DNA of 64,000 nucleotides from Lingula anatina (GCA_051362555.1 CM120642.1:7874001-7938000), one strand, 5' to 3'. Shown: positions 14,849 to 29,215, numbered from the stretch's first letter. A program made the numbers and translations. Notes: generated by a model from the letters alone, not told the origin.

Positions 14849-15138
14849 CGGGGCGGATCCAGGATTATATTAAGGGGGAGGGGGGTCCGGAATGACAGGC
14901 CTCTGATGCAAAGCCGACCATCGCCCGCTTGGTTAGGGGTTCGGGGAATGCTCAAGGACTCCGAAAATTTTTCGGTGTTTTGGGGAACAAACAGTGCCCT
15001 TTTGTACGGTTTAGAACTATAATTTAGTTGGTCAAAATTCTAATTTCAAGAGGGAAATATTGGTGCGATATATTTTTCAGAAACCGAAGGGGGGTGGGGG
15101 TCAGGACCCCCATGGCACCTCCTCTAAATCCGCCACTG
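14849..15138. mobile_element. hAT-like MITE (GGGGCGGATCC ... AATCCGCCACTG ends)
   Basis: Imperfect inverted termini of the common CAGGGGCGGATCC type; relative at 29216-29372. Confidence 0.65.
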
Positions 15139-15907
15139 GTTTTTGCACAAGCAGCCATAGTGAAAGTTCCAAACAAATCAATGACACGTAGACGTGATCA
15201 TTTTGCCATTTCGTTGAGGTCAAATTTTTAACATATTTCTTCAGAATATGAAGATGAACGGGTATTGGAAATGTTGGTAAATACTGGCTTTTGGTGATTA
15301 TTAAATCAATTGATAAAACCTACTGTAAGCATGATATTACCCCAGTGGGAAAACCGCGAAAGCGTAACACAGTGTGGCGTCAAACGTGCGGCAATCTGAT
15401 AGGGCGGAGGTTGACTGTTTGTCAAATTCTATGTGCCACTAATGTCGTTGAAGAAAACAATATATAAATCTGGCACGTAAAAGAAGGTGAATTCGCACTT
15501 TTGTACAATAGACTATACAGAAGTAAAGATAAAACTACCAAAAACGTCAGTAGACAAATCCGTTAGGCTTGTCTTTCTTCCTGATCAAGTTATTCTCTAG
15601 ATCCTGTAAAATTTCTCTTTATTTTGTCAAAATTTGCCGACATTGGGTTCTCCCATATTATTGTAATTGAAACACGTAGTCATTAAATAGAGGTGAAATA
15701 TCGTTATCTCTTCCATCGTGCCCGACAGAAAACTATTTGCAAGTAGACATTAAGACGAACACGCAGCACGTGCTTGCCAACAATAGACCTAACAAAACAT
15801 AAACATATATGTAGCTTTTTTATGCAAATTATCCTAAAGACGGCGGTGTAATAGGTGCATGTAGTAATTTGCCGACGATTTGACTGTTACGGACGTACAG
15901 AAATGTC

Positions 15908-15987
15908 GGCTCCAATGGATTAGCGCGTCGGACTTCTAATGGAGATAAGTGATTCGGAGGCTGTGGGTTCGAGTCCCACCGGAGTCG
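15908..15987 (+). pseudogene. tRNA-Arg(TCT) pseudogene, intron-containing, 7-nt deletion
   Basis: Near-identical to 25158-25244 but lacks GTGGCGC (G7, start of A-box, 5' D-stem). B-box GGTTCGAGTCCC, the 13-nt intron and a T-run terminator are retained. Confidence 0.85.
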
Positions 15988-16639
15988 TTCCTTTTTCTTT
16001 CAAAAATTAAAAGCGATACTGAAAGCTACCTTACAGAATAGACGAAAATCATAAACCATGACATCATGTTAGTAAAAGACGACCCACTAAATCATGCACA
16101 CATTTTATTTTGGCAAGCTAATTGAAACAGAAGAGACCATTCCCAGAGACTATCGTACTAACTTTAACTGAGCAAGTGTGCTATGGTGGAGCCTAGGGTT
16201 ACTCCAAAAGACATCTTTTGCAAATGGAGTGAGATACAGGGTATCCGTGGAGAATGTTACAGCAAAATATCCTAATAACATTCTGTTCCAGAAAAAAAAA
16301 GGAAGAAAACCATGGGCTTGGAATGCTCTCGAAATGCGAAAGAATTTGACTTCTTAGGTGATATTGTCTTGCGCACACTTTTCAAGAGGCATTCTGCAAC
16401 ATGTCTACGGACCCTCATTTGGCCATCAACATACAGGAAATATGTTAGTACATTCGTTCTTCAGCAAAACCAATTTCCAGTGATGGCTGTCCAGGTTCTT
16501 GTACCTCTGGGGTCACTGAACGTAACATTCTCAACTGATATCTCTCACTCCATTATTTCATTGTCTAGAAAGACACTGACATTAGGGAATACCCCTTTAA
16601 TAAAATATCTTTTAATAAAATCGTAATTTGTTCTTTTTA

Positions 16640-19600
16640 CAGCCCGGGAGCCACCGGTCTGCCGCTAGGTGGCTATTAAACAAACCGAAGTCTTACACTT
16701 TTGAATCGGCTAAAATTTTAGAGATTTATAGGGTGTCAGAAATGATGCAATATCTCGGCTATGAACGTACTCAGGGACACATTACGTACATTGACATATT
16801 GAGAAATAAATTTCGAATGATGTGAGATGCACCACGAGTTGATCTAGAGCCTATTTAGTGTTAAAAAACTAGTTTGAAATCGAAAATTTACGAAAGCTAT
16901 AACGGAAGTTCATCTTTAACTGTGATCTTTGTATCTATAGAGGCCTCCGCACAACTTTTAATTAGCAGTAAGTTGTAGCAAATTTATTCAGCTTTCTGTC
17001 AATGTAAGCATGTAAAGAACTTTACCTTAAGCTGTGAATGGCACAAATCAATTCACGGCCATGTGAGCCTGAAAACTCTTACTTACGATATCCGCATATA
17101 AGCCTCGCTTTGGCTTAGTGCTTTCTCATGAACTTCAGTCTCGTTTTAGTTTTTTCCTTCACACAGTATTACTTATATTAGGTACCGGCAGCAAGCATAT
17201 CACGCATAGAAAAACCTGCTTAAAAGCGCCAAAAAGGTCATTTTCAAGGTTTAATTTCAGTATTAAATTTAATAGTAACCCCCTATATTTTTATACCATA
17301 TAAAAGGGCAGGTGTTGCTCTTACAAATCATATAAAACAAAGCTAGATTTGACATTAAAAAACGTAGTCTAATAAGAGATGTAAATAACATGTTACGCGC
17401 AGTTTAGCAGAATTGTACTGCTGCTGACAGCACAGCAGCGCTTAGGTGCAAATGCGCTCCTTGACAAGGCATTAGAAAACGTCTCGGGGATTTTCCGCTT
17501 TTACTTGCACACGCATGTTTTTGTTGTCATCTTAAAGCTGAAAAGAAGAGCTAGCCAACGAAGTAACATTCGAAAATATCCACCAAGAAAAAATTATAAA
17601 AGTCCACAAAAAAAGGTAAGTTTTAAAGATTTGTCGAAAGAAAAACTAAAATATTTATATAATGCAAATTATTTACCCCCCACAAACTATGTATCAAAAT
17701 AAAGTGCAAATTCTGTAGATTTTAATGATATTCGAAACTAAATTACAAATCCACAGGCGCAAATTCTCCAGGCGATCAAAGATATCAACCCGTGTGCCGT
17801 CAACAACATGGCTGCGCCCGCGAAGAGCGTGTCGAAAGCTCCTCTGCCGTTTTTATCATAAAATTTGTGTCTACTTGTCTAATTTAGGGACAATGAAAGG
17901 TAAGAAACCCCCTAAGCTAGTCACGGTCACATGCTTTTGGTATTTCTTGACGAAATCTATAAAATATGTTCGAACTACTTCAATATGCATGTGTAAAGAA
18001 AGTTGAGTTCATTTGGTTTGTATTACGGACGAGGCCTCAGGCAAACAATGGACTTCAGAGCTTTCCTAGTGTGTCCAAATTAAAAAATGTGACACGTTTC
18101 TGTTATACTAGTGTTACATATGATCTAAAAATTGTACTGATTTAATTTAAGGACTTAGGGTCTCATATTTTTTAAGATAATTAATTTTCTACTGCACACG
18201 ATCATGAGCGATTATAGGCCTACGACTTTTTTTAGTAGAGCTATATTTAAAAGACATCGTATTTGACAGGAAGTAACTGATGCTATAATTTATTCATTGT
18301 TTAAAATTGCAAACACTTATTTCATTTATTCAAGGCAATATATTTTGACAGTGTTATTTACCATTATTTTAAGGCCACAAGCAGAACTCGGGAATGGCCA
18401 GCCCCAACACAAGCTGGAATGAGTGTGAATTGCCTGAAGTAATTATCAGTTGAATAGGTAGTAATGGAACATATTCTGCTCTCATCAATAATTTAGGCCT
18501 TACTGCTGTATATCAAGAAATATTTAAGAAACATAATTTTAGCATAATTCTTAAAATGAAAAAAGGGAAATTAACTTATTAAAATATTGTATGAATATAT
18601 TAAAATTAATTTTAGAAAATTTTGTATTTTATAGATTGGGATATTTCTTACTTTCACATCATGATGCTTCGTGAAACTGCTCAATGTTTTTACGTGTGAA
18701 AACCTTTGATCAATTATTTTAGATGATGACTACCTCCATATATTGGGAAAAAATCTTCAGCGTGACAGAATATGGAAGGTGACCAGATCCCCTATTGTGC
18801 ATTGTACAAACAAGCATCGTGTCCAGTTGTTTGTGTTGAGAAAGATTTATGCCTTTTATTAAAGGCTATTTAGTAAATTTAATTTTAATTTGAATTAAGA
18901 GGAAAGGAAATTTATTTCAAGTGGGTTCTAAGACAAAAAATAGGAGATAGAAGACACAGACTGAATATATGTCTTTGCATGGGACCTTGAACTGAAAACA
19001 TTATCCAGTCATTGTTTGGAAATTCCTATCTTGAAGGATTTACAGATGCTGTACTTAAAATACAAAAACATATTCTGTTAAAGCAGTGAAATGCAGTTAT
19101 ATGCATTGCAAAGAATAAGAGTACTAGTGTATTAAAAGTAAGATTGCTCTGGATAAGAAATGTTGGCATAATAAATTAACAGGACAGTCAAATTACTGAA
19201 TGCAAGTAGATTTTTCGGGTATTTATACTCTGTTTTGCCCATTTTAAAAAAATTATGTCATCTAAATACTTTGTAAATGCAATATTGTTAAAGATAAGGT
19301 TATTAGCTTTCCAATGATACCTAGATCAAGCCTGTGGCATGAATGGTAACTGAGTAATCATCAATTTACTTTTGCAATTCAGTTTAAGTACATGCAATGG
19401 TAGAAATTCCATCTGCGATATTGCCTTTTTTTCTAATTTTGCAAGCTATTTATAGAAAAAGTATTATCCCAGTGTATTTGAAAAAAATTAGACATGATAT
19501 CTGTATATAGTTGTGCCATTTAAAACAAAAATTGTTAGCAATTACCCGTAGAATAACAAATAATAAATGCATCAATTTGCTTGTATGTGAATAATCAGCA

Positions 19601-22240
19601 TTGTTTTATTATGGCCGCTTGATACAAAATAGCATTTTCATTGCAGAGTATCTCAGAAACGGTTATTTTTTTCCAACATGAAATGATGTATTTTACTTCT
19701 ATCTATATAGTTGTAAGTAATGCATTACTTTAATACTTACTGATATCATTTTTGGTCAGTACAGAGGGTCTGTAAAATGGCAAAAAATAACGGAATCTCT
19801 ATTAACTTGAAACGTCTATTTTACTAAAACTTAAATCGCTCATATCTCGGGAACTGTTGGTGCTAGAGAGTCAAATAAAGTATCATTGTACATCATTTCC
19901 AAAGTTCTTTCATTTGGTGCATTGTTTATACCTGTAAATATTGAAATAAAAAATGGCTGCCGATACCTAATAACTTATATAGAGCAACTGAGTATTGGGG
20001 ACAATGAAAATAATTTTTTTTCTTGGCACTTACCACGGTGCTAATACAAATGTATTTTAACTTTTTTTTTTACATTGTAAATAAACCCTTTTATTACATG
20101 AGGCCAATTAACTGATGAGGGTATTCCTTTCATTAAATATGAAAAATAACAAATGAAAGACAATTTACATATAATCACATTGTTATATTTTATTTTAATT
20201 ATACATAAAATTCAACTAGTCTGAAATATTTTACCAGTGAGACATGTATGTTGCAAAATTGTTATTTTACATTACATTGTACATTAATTACCCAGTAGGT
20301 GATAATTTAATGCTACCTTACTTGATTGGTACACATTTATATATATTTAACCATCTAACACACAATTCCCCTTTACAAAGTGGACCGGTTCAATTTTTAC
20401 AAATAATACAATTTCATAAATTTTCCCAGAGTTGTCATATTAATTTTCTTTCACTGATACCAGGTACCAATCCATATTTGCATTTGAATAAACTTGTTTT
20501 ATTTTGAAAAGTAGATATTATCTATAAGCTACACATATATAGAAAAAAACCTGCACAGTAAAAATAAAACAATGTATTGTTAACTTAGTTGCACATACCT
20601 TACACTTTTAACTAACTTCATGTGGTTAAAACTTAAAATGATTTCACAAACTGAATTTCTATATACTGATAACCAATAACTATTAATATAAGCAACAGCA
20701 CAGCTCAAAAATATACTTTTGCATCCCTTAGAAGTATCGCAGAGGTTGTGGTGTTCATTGCCACACAGCATTTGGTAATGATGGGTGCTTTTTTATGATA
20801 ATTGCAGGTCAAGGCACAGCAAAAGGAATAATCCTGGTCCCATTCATGCTATTTAAGCCTAGAAAAAATAATAAAGTTTTCAATAGAATATCATTAAAAA
20901 AATTCTAACTACATTTATCAAACGCTCACACACATACACACTGAAATTAATAATAATTTATTGCAATCTTTGTAATAGGTTAACTGTAACAATCAATCTT
21001 AAACAGCACTATATTTACAATCAATCTTTACCTTAAAATGCACTATTTATACTTAATTCATAACAGTAATTATAAACAAAAATCATTTGAAACTGAACTT
21101 TGGGCAAAGTTGCACACCCATCATCAATTAAAAACCCAATTTGAATCAAGGCATGAAAATATTAAAAAATATATGCAAGTCAGAGCACCACATCACTATC
21201 ATATGCCCTCATCATTGAAGACCCTGTTTCATTTAATGTACATACACACATACATATATTATTCACCTATTTTAAACTTGCATTTTTATGACATATATGA
21301 CATATCTTCTCCTCAAAACCCCCAACCAATGCAATAAAACTTTTTTTGTGTTTACATGTTTTTTCTAAAAAATTAACACAATACATGTACGTTTAACCCC
21401 CCGCCCCCAGCAAAAAAGAAAACATGTTTAAAGCCATAATTTAAGATTCATACCTTTTAAAACATGCCTATGGTTAGTTTACAATACTGAATCTTTAACA
21501 ACTACTGGTACCAATGCCCCCTCCCCCTCCCCACCGCTATGCAAACAAGTGCCGGTAAACCACCATATGCACATATGTATACGTGTATGCAGGTTGGATG
21601 ACAATGTCATTTTGCAATCAACTTCATCTTTTTCACATTAAAACACGAAAAAATTGCATGAGAAGCCAATATTCAAACATTTCACTTATACGGTGACATT
21701 CATTCCATACATGAGACCAGAACGCCACTGCCATCACTCGATCAACTAAATGATATGGTACCCGGCACGGTGAATATACAGCTTGTTGGAAATGTTGAAA
21801 TTCTACAAATTACAGGCCATCGCACATCTTAAAAAATTTTAAGTTCAAAAAATATTGCCAAACTATGAAAAAACAGGAACAGATAAAGAAAAAACCCCTT
21901 AAGCTGCATTTGGCACAGTTCAAAAGTCAATGTTTACAATGACGTTTTGTCTGCGGCCATTTTGCTATTCGCCAGTAACTTTAGAGAATACTCAGTGAAA
22001 TCAATACACGAACACTCCTTCGGTGTATAAAGTGTAACTTAAACATATACTGTATTGTCCCGCAAATTCATTAGCATTTAAATCAACTGTTCATTGCACA
22101 AACACATGTACAACTTACCTGTCTCTATGCCTTCGTCTCCCGCCAAATTTTATTAGAGTTACCACTCCACGTTTTGAAAACGAGGCCAAATCTAATGTTT
22201 TCCAAAATAACCGTCAAATGAGCCGGTGGCTCCCGGGCTG
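16640..22240. mobile_element. 5.6-kb non-autonomous TIR DNA transposon with TA target duplication
   Basis: Perfect 18-bp TIR CAGCCCGGGAGCCACCGG (16640-16657 and 22223-22240), TA on both sides; no long ORF inside. Confidence 0.8.
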
Positions 22241-23171
22241 TAGTGGGTTGCGTTTGTTGTATGCATATATGAAAACGTGTTTGTGAAAAGATCCACTAAA
22301 ATGACTCCCATTACTCTCATATGACTCCCATTACTCCTTGGTTGTCCAGCCACTATCTTTTTGTAGAATCTTAGCACTCTCCCTGTTACAGATTGTGTTA
22401 GTTTGGTACTCTACTAGAGAAGACTTCTGACTTCTTAATTTCCATCAAAATATCTTCTGATTTTGGTAAAACAGAGACTGGCGCTTAAAGCAAAATTCTG
22501 ATAATTTAACTACGGAAACAAGAAAATCACATAGTGCAACACGAGAGGAGGGTCAATAAGGCGTGTTTCTGATACACATTGCTTTTATTCAATTCTTACA
22601 TAAATAAGTACATTCAAAATAAATAAACACATGAAAATGAAAATCTCGGCCCTTTTAAACAAGTGTCACCAAGATGATAAGACACACACACATTAAAGGA
22701 GTTCATGTTGATATAAAAAGGTTTAAAACTGTCTATGTTCAGGGCCTCTTGCAATGCGCATTTGAATGCGTAAAATACCAGTGATGACAATATCCCGTTA
22801 GAAGTGAACAAAATGTGCAGAAAATGACTGCAAAGGACCAAAAAGTGGCATTCAAGTAGCTTTTATGTCCCATTAAGTGACATTTCCTTCCAAAAATACT
22901 TTTTAAGTGTTTAAGCACAGTGTGTCCCCATTCTGCAGGTATAAGAAATGTTAAATTCTGAAATTTGGCAACATTCATTTGCAATATACGTACAAGAAAA
23001 TGCAAAATATGAAATTGTACATAAGAATATTACAGCTACACTATATTAGTTTACAAACCGGCGCATCACATACGCCCGCACCAATACATACGTAAAAAAT
23101 GTCAAAATCCTGTTACATGTTGAACTGTAAAAATATTCAGTTAGAATAAGAAGAATAAGAAGTCATTGGTG

Positions 23172-26100
23172 TTAGCGGGCAAATGCGTTAATCACTAAAG
23201 CCACACCTATCAGCGCACCGACAAGAAATAGGGTGAAAAAAGCACAAAGAAATTTCACCCAGTGGGAGCTCTTGAAGGCTTCTTTTACGTGCATTTTACT
23301 TCGGTAAGCCTCTCTGAAACAGTCCAGCTCGGCTATTTTGCAGTGACTTTGGCACGGGCACCGTTTTTTGCATACTCTCTTGATCAATATCACGCAGCCT
23401 ATAATGATACAAGATATAATGACGGCTAAATCCTTGATGAGCCAGATGAAAAAGGAACCTTCAAGTCTTCCCGTGGTATCAACAAACCAGAAGAGTCTAA
23501 CGCGGCAGATCAAGATTGGTAGATCAACGAGAAAAGACGCCATGTATACTACAATGGCCTGCAACAGAGACGAATAGGCTGTCTCCTTACAAAACGCATC
23601 CACCGCCTTGTGCAGTATAGCATTAGCCAGAACAATATAAACCTCGGCAGCGATGGCAGATCCTTGAACAATATCTATGTATTCCCTGCCAAAAGCTGCA
23701 GCGTCAAGAATGAGGCAGACCTCCAAAGATTCCACGATCCAGAACACCGTGATGAGAACAAACATAAACTGGTTCAGCAATTTGTGGTCTGCATCCCCGT
23801 CGCTAGACGTCGACACCGGGTGCCTGTCTGCAATAGCCAGGTCCATGCTCCACTGGATCTGGATCAGGCGCAGCACCACTGGGAGTAAAACGGAGAACTG
23901 CGCACAAAGGATCCACGAGCGCTGAAAAGTGGGAGACTTATCGTTAAACCCATGTGATGTCATTTACAAGACTACAAATGCACTAGGAAAGCAGGTTAAT
24001 TTTCGTTATTATCGATTTTTATCAGTTAGTAATTTGGCAAAGCAATCAATCAATTGATTAATTAATTAACTCAGTGAAATTAATATTACCTCTTTGGTAA
24101 CGATGCATAATATCCAGACATGTAACTGATGTATTGTGTTAGTTGAGAACATATTCAATGGGTCCAGATGGTCATCCAGTTCTCCACATTAAACTATTCA
24201 TTTTTAAGTTAGTCCATTTCTTGCATATTCAGAAAATTTCATCAAAATCCACCCATAAGTTTTTTTTAGTTAGGACTGGTGACGAATGGACAAACGAACA
24301 AAAAGACAAGTGAAAACATTGGCGGAGGATTCAAAGAAAACATGCAATGAGTGAGACGTGATTTATACTTCGAGTTCTCATGTCTTGTGTTTCAGGTAAC
24401 TCTGAAATTCCTGAATGATTCTGACCAACAGTATATTATATTATATTATATTATATTATATTATATTATATTATATTATATTATTTAAAAACTTCAGTTG
24501 AAAAACTGATTAAAATCAAATTGCATTAGATAGACCAGGAATGTTGTAATCAGGTACAATTTAACACATTTTGTATTCTAATAGCTAAAAATTCTCACCA
24601 CAGCTCCAACACTCAGTGAATTGAGCAGAGGCCCCGTGTCCACTGTACACTGACCAGAGAACCACAAGGGACAGACTTGGAGAATACTGGTGTTCTTTTC
24701 CATCAACCAAACAACGGCACTGCTTGTAGCGTTTCTCTGGGCGGTGTTTATGGCGTTGGCGTCTGGCAGCCATAACTTTGGTAGCACCGTGGCAATTAGT
24801 ATTGGGGAGAGAAGCACGCATGTTGATACAGGGTCGGAGAACCAGTAGATGATCCTGGAAAAAGAATGTTAATGGTTTTAAAATATATTCTATTCTATAT
24901 ACACACTGTATGTTTCCCGTACAAAATATGTAGACGCTTTAAAATATTAGTAGGCCCTAGCTGCAATGAAAATGTGTTTTTTCAAAAGAGAGAAAATGAG
25001 AAATCAATAAGCAAAGTAAAATTAAAGAGAAAAACTACCCTTCCACTATTAGGTGCACAACAATATGCAGCAATTTTTCCCCTTTTTGAAATTAAAGTGT
25101 AAGCCTCCAACACAGAGTATCCGATCTGGAATGCATAAAAAAATATGTCGTATGTGCGGCCCCGTGGCGCAATGGATCAGCGCGTCGGACTTCTAATGGG
25201 GATAAGTGATTCGGAGGCTGTGGGTTCGAGTCCCACCGGAGTCGTTCCTTTTTGCTGCTGCTAATCATCATAGGTTCACAAATTCTCACTTGGAACAGTT
25301 CAAGAACCGTTTTAGTACATCTAGCAACCAACGGCTCATACGCGATAAAACTAACGATTAAGAGACCATTCCCGCAGATATTTAGATCGATCTATCCCCC
25401 TGGGGAGTGTCACTAGATTGCTGTCAGCTTAATCGGCTTAAATGTCTGTCCAGCCTACTAAAAGCTGTATGGGGGTCATTAACTTTTGTGCTCGCTCGGC
25501 TCCCGGAAGCTGGTAGCAATATTTAGCGTGAACCCCCAGCTAGTTAGGTCGATCCAGATGGATCGATCTAAATCTGTCGGAACCCAGTCTAACAGAGTAA
25601 CATGCCTTCTCCAGGCGTTGAGAAGAAGACAGGGAAGCTGCCTATTTGGTAATTGTAGCGGTTAAACTGACATCTACCGACGAACGGTGCAGCCCAAAGC
25701 TACACAATACTGACAACACAGAAACGCCGCCTCGTGGCAGAAAAAGCAGCACAGGTATATGGTGCAAGACATGAGATACACAAAACAGGCGAATAAATAT
25801 CCACAAAATCGATTATAATGTTGTAATCACGTATGCTAACTAAATGAAAAGCGGTTTAGTCTGCTTCTGTGCATTTATGATCGATATTTCATTTAATACT
25901 CCCACCATAAGTGACACAGTGCATTCAGCGCGCAGCTAATCAATATCAGTTCTTGTTAGTTGATTCTTCTTTAAGGCTTCGGGGAATTAAATCACGTAAT
26001 ATGATCGCCTTTGTAAGCAGCCCAGAGGTCACGGTGCCCTACTAGGTTAATACAAACTGTGGATTGAACAGAGACAAAGAAAAGCTAGGTTTCCATCTGC

Positions 26101-26819
26101 GACACGTAACCGTATTACCATCGAACGTTCACTCAATGAAAATTGAATATAATTCGTGCTTCATATCAAGTTTGCATTTATCTTTCCGCATTCACATGGG
26201 TGGAAAAGCAAGTTAGTATTTCTTATCTACCATAATATTCTGACCAGCTATTTATATGTGTTTAGGCTCAATGTCAAACGCCCAATAATGAGACATTTCG
26301 TAAAATCCTTCAATTGTTTATTTTTCGTTTTTTTCCGCCACAATATAAGATAGTCAAGTGCGAAATGTTTCAGCTCGAAATAGGCTTACAATACATGGGC
26401 ACGCAAACCAACACATACTGTACATAAAAATTACAAGGAACGGACTAAAAATCAGATGAGAGCAAAAAGCGAGTAGAGTTGTGGGGCCTGTCCAACTTGG
26501 GTCATCTCACAGACTCCACGCAAAGATAACTGCTTGTCCAGAGAAAATAAACTGAATTGCTCTCCAGCTTAACACCTGGTCCAGCGTTTCCCGCAGAGTT
26601 CTGTATCAAGGTATACCAAACTATTGTATAAGGTTCTAGGAAATGACCTATATATGAAACCCATGTTTCCAGGAGCTTGTCTGGCTTGCGGCGGTCATTA
26701 TTCATGCTTTATAAAATCTCATTTTATTTGTAAGTTTGTTTTCATATACGGACAAGCAGAACATAATCAGAGTAATAAATGTTTATGTGAAACTGTTTAC
26801 TATATGACAGTTTTTGTTC

Positions 26820-26862
<43 letters not shown>

Positions 26863-27426
26863 TTGCTTCTTTTTCTTTGTCGCACTTAATCAGAAAGAAC
26901 CTATTCCTAAATCCATTAGTGTTATATGAACCGAAGCAATACAAAACTAATTATTACAGAAAACTAGCGTACATGTATATAATATCCGCTTTAGTTATTT
27001 TCATTTTTGCATTCGGTAAATGCCACGCATATAAACACAGTAACATCAGTCAGGTTAGCTGATAAGGGAAGTGAACTGTGGAAGGCTATCTGAATATATC
27101 AAGCTGTGTACTTGATATAACCAATATCCAATTATAGAAAATGTGATTAGAGGATGTGCTAGAATTACTTGCCCTGAAATGTCATGTAAAAACATATTGC
27201 CCAGAAACTGCTGTCATGATACCAGAATTCCGTATTAAGAGGGGCAAAGTCAATATTTTGCCAGCCAGAGATATTACATAACATATGTCCTATGATGAGG
27301 TTTACGCTATTTTCTTGCATTTTGTAAAATGTGGTATTTATGAGAGTTTGAAGAAAATAATCAAATTGCTTCTAAAATGCAGTAAGGTGAAAGTCTGAAG
27401 ATGAACTAACCAACTGACTGACTTAA

Positions 27427-27457
<31 letters not shown>

Positions 27458-28178
27458 ATACACATTAGCTGTAGTGCAAACCAAAACTTGAGTTTAACGT
27501 TATTATGGCAAAATCAAATGTACCCAAATATACGGGTGCATAGTTCTAAAATACATGTACATGAATTAACCTATGGAAGGGTTGGGTAAATAAAACCGAA
27601 TCTATAAATTTTCTGGCCCACTCTAACACTGAATCATTTATTTCTATTACTCATATCTGTTACTTGTATTATTTATATAGTCATTATGGTATATTTTCTA
27701 CAGTGTTGACAACGTCCCAAGAACAGTCCGGGCGATCGATACAATAGCGCATTATCCGGGAATTGATTGCATAAGCCCACTAAAACAATAAGTAATCATG
27801 CACGGCATCGCTTTGGGTCACATGTAATATGTAAACATACTATACTGACAATGGGCTTTACAACACTTGGTTTATTAAATAAATTAGAAGTAGGTTAGCG
27901 TTGTTGATATTCCTTGTCATAAATTTATATATACAGAATACTTACTTGACGAAACTGATGGCAATATCATTCTTGCATAGCATTACAATGACCAGGGGCA
28001 CCACGAGGAACTGGACAGCGGCAAAGACCAGGGTGGTCAGTGAGGCAGGGTCAAGATGGTGGTTGAAGACCACTTGATCGCCATTTCGTCCCACCAGCAG
28101 GAGGGAGGTGAAGACTATTAACACCAACCATGCCGTTAGCCATCTTATAAAGACGCAGGCACAACCAAGGTTTAACAT
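23172..28178 (-). CDS. TMEM26-like multi-pass membrane protein, ~442 aa, 4 coding exons
   Basis: Exons 28178-27946, 26706-26617, 24854-24599, 23921-23172; phases consistent, 1329 nt, good Kozak gcaaccATG. Motifs WFSDP...VLPKLWL, SWILCAQFSVLLPVVLR, VDLPILICRV and FFIWLIKDL parallel TMEM26 WFSP...IVPSLWL, WTLGLHQ...IIGR, QDGPFLVVRL and FFAAKNF (recalled, not aligned by tool). The exon 2 donor (GTATAC) is weak. Confidence 0.7.
24084..24330. mobile_element. Degenerate Helentron-associated (HINE/DINE-1-like) short element
   Basis: attacctc... start, aaatttcatcaaaatcc core, gacaaac-like microrepeat, aaaacattggcggagg end; recognised by motif only. Confidence 0.4.
24432..24484. repeat. (TTATA)n microsatellite
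   Basis: Seen directly. Confidence 0.95.
25158..25244 (+). tRNA. tRNA-Arg(TCT) with 13-nt intron (25196-25208)
   Basis: GGCCCCGTGGCGCAATGGATCAGCGCGTCGGACTTCTA-intron-ATTCGGAGGCTGTGGGTTCGAGTCCCACCGGAGTCG followed by TTTTT. Cloverleaf folds, intron at canonical 37/38, C4:A69 mismatch in the acceptor stem. Lies antisense in an intron of the TMEM26-like gene. Confidence 0.88.
25361..25591. mobile_element. MITE, CAGATTTAGATCGATC family (copy 2)
   Basis: Homologous to 3089-3304; inverted ends. Confidence 0.75.
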
Positions 28179-29215
28179 GGTTGCTGCCAGTGCTGCTGTA
28201 GGAGAGGTAGGCTTTCACCCACTCGGTATGTCGGTCACCAATACTGTACGCTGTGGGTAGTGGTCAGAGGCCTCTTTAGGCTACAAGTCAATTGTATACA
28301 CTGTTCCTGATCGTACTTGGCGTTAAGTTGATCCGAGATTCACCAAAAGCGTTGCCGAGGAGCTTGGATAGAGAGTAAAATAACCGGCTTTGCTGAGTTC
28401 ACACGTCCTGCATGCCTAGAAGAGATGAGGCATTGACTGCCTGGACTGCTTGTGAAAAAACACTGCCTGATGTTTTGGTTTGAAAATGCTACCAGGGCAC
28501 CAATGATTTCAATTATCAGCTCGAACACTGACATATACCGCTCACCCGCCAAGAGATACGCTAACCTGTCGGCTAGTCTGTTCTTCACCTACCCAGCAGG
28601 CTGAAGATATTCGGCTTCTGGTAACTGGCCGCAGGACCAAATGAATCCCGCCCGGCTTCCCCCGTGCCTCAGTTTTAGTTCCTAGAGTATTCCGAGTGTT
28701 GATGACTATGAACAAAGATCTCCCTCTCTTCCGCACGCTTACGACTCACAGACAAAGAAACTCTCTCTCTCACTGGAGATTAGCCTTCTAGATCGATAAT
28801 TTTCTGAAGTGAGCTAGTGAGCCGCAGACTGCGACAAATCGATGGGGTTTTATTCAAACGAGGCCTCGGGTCGTCCTCAGAAATCAATGACGGGCATTAC
28901 CCCGTGCCTCAGCCAAATACGGTGTGCTTTAAAACACGTTGGCATATTTATGAAGCATTTTTGTGGAGAATTTGATTGGAAGAAAATAAACTCGCATATT
29001 AAACATCGCTGGCAGATAATGGCCTAGCACTAAAGTGTGTCAGTGTGTTGACCTTGCTGAATGCTCACCTGGGAATTGCGTTGGGATGCACACCTAAAGC
29101 ATTTGAGCACAATCCATAACCTAGGACGGTTGTGAAGCTCCGCACAGAATACATGTATGTTGTCACACAGATGTCGGAGCCGAGGATGGGGGAGGGGGCA
29201 TGTAGGAAGCTTACC

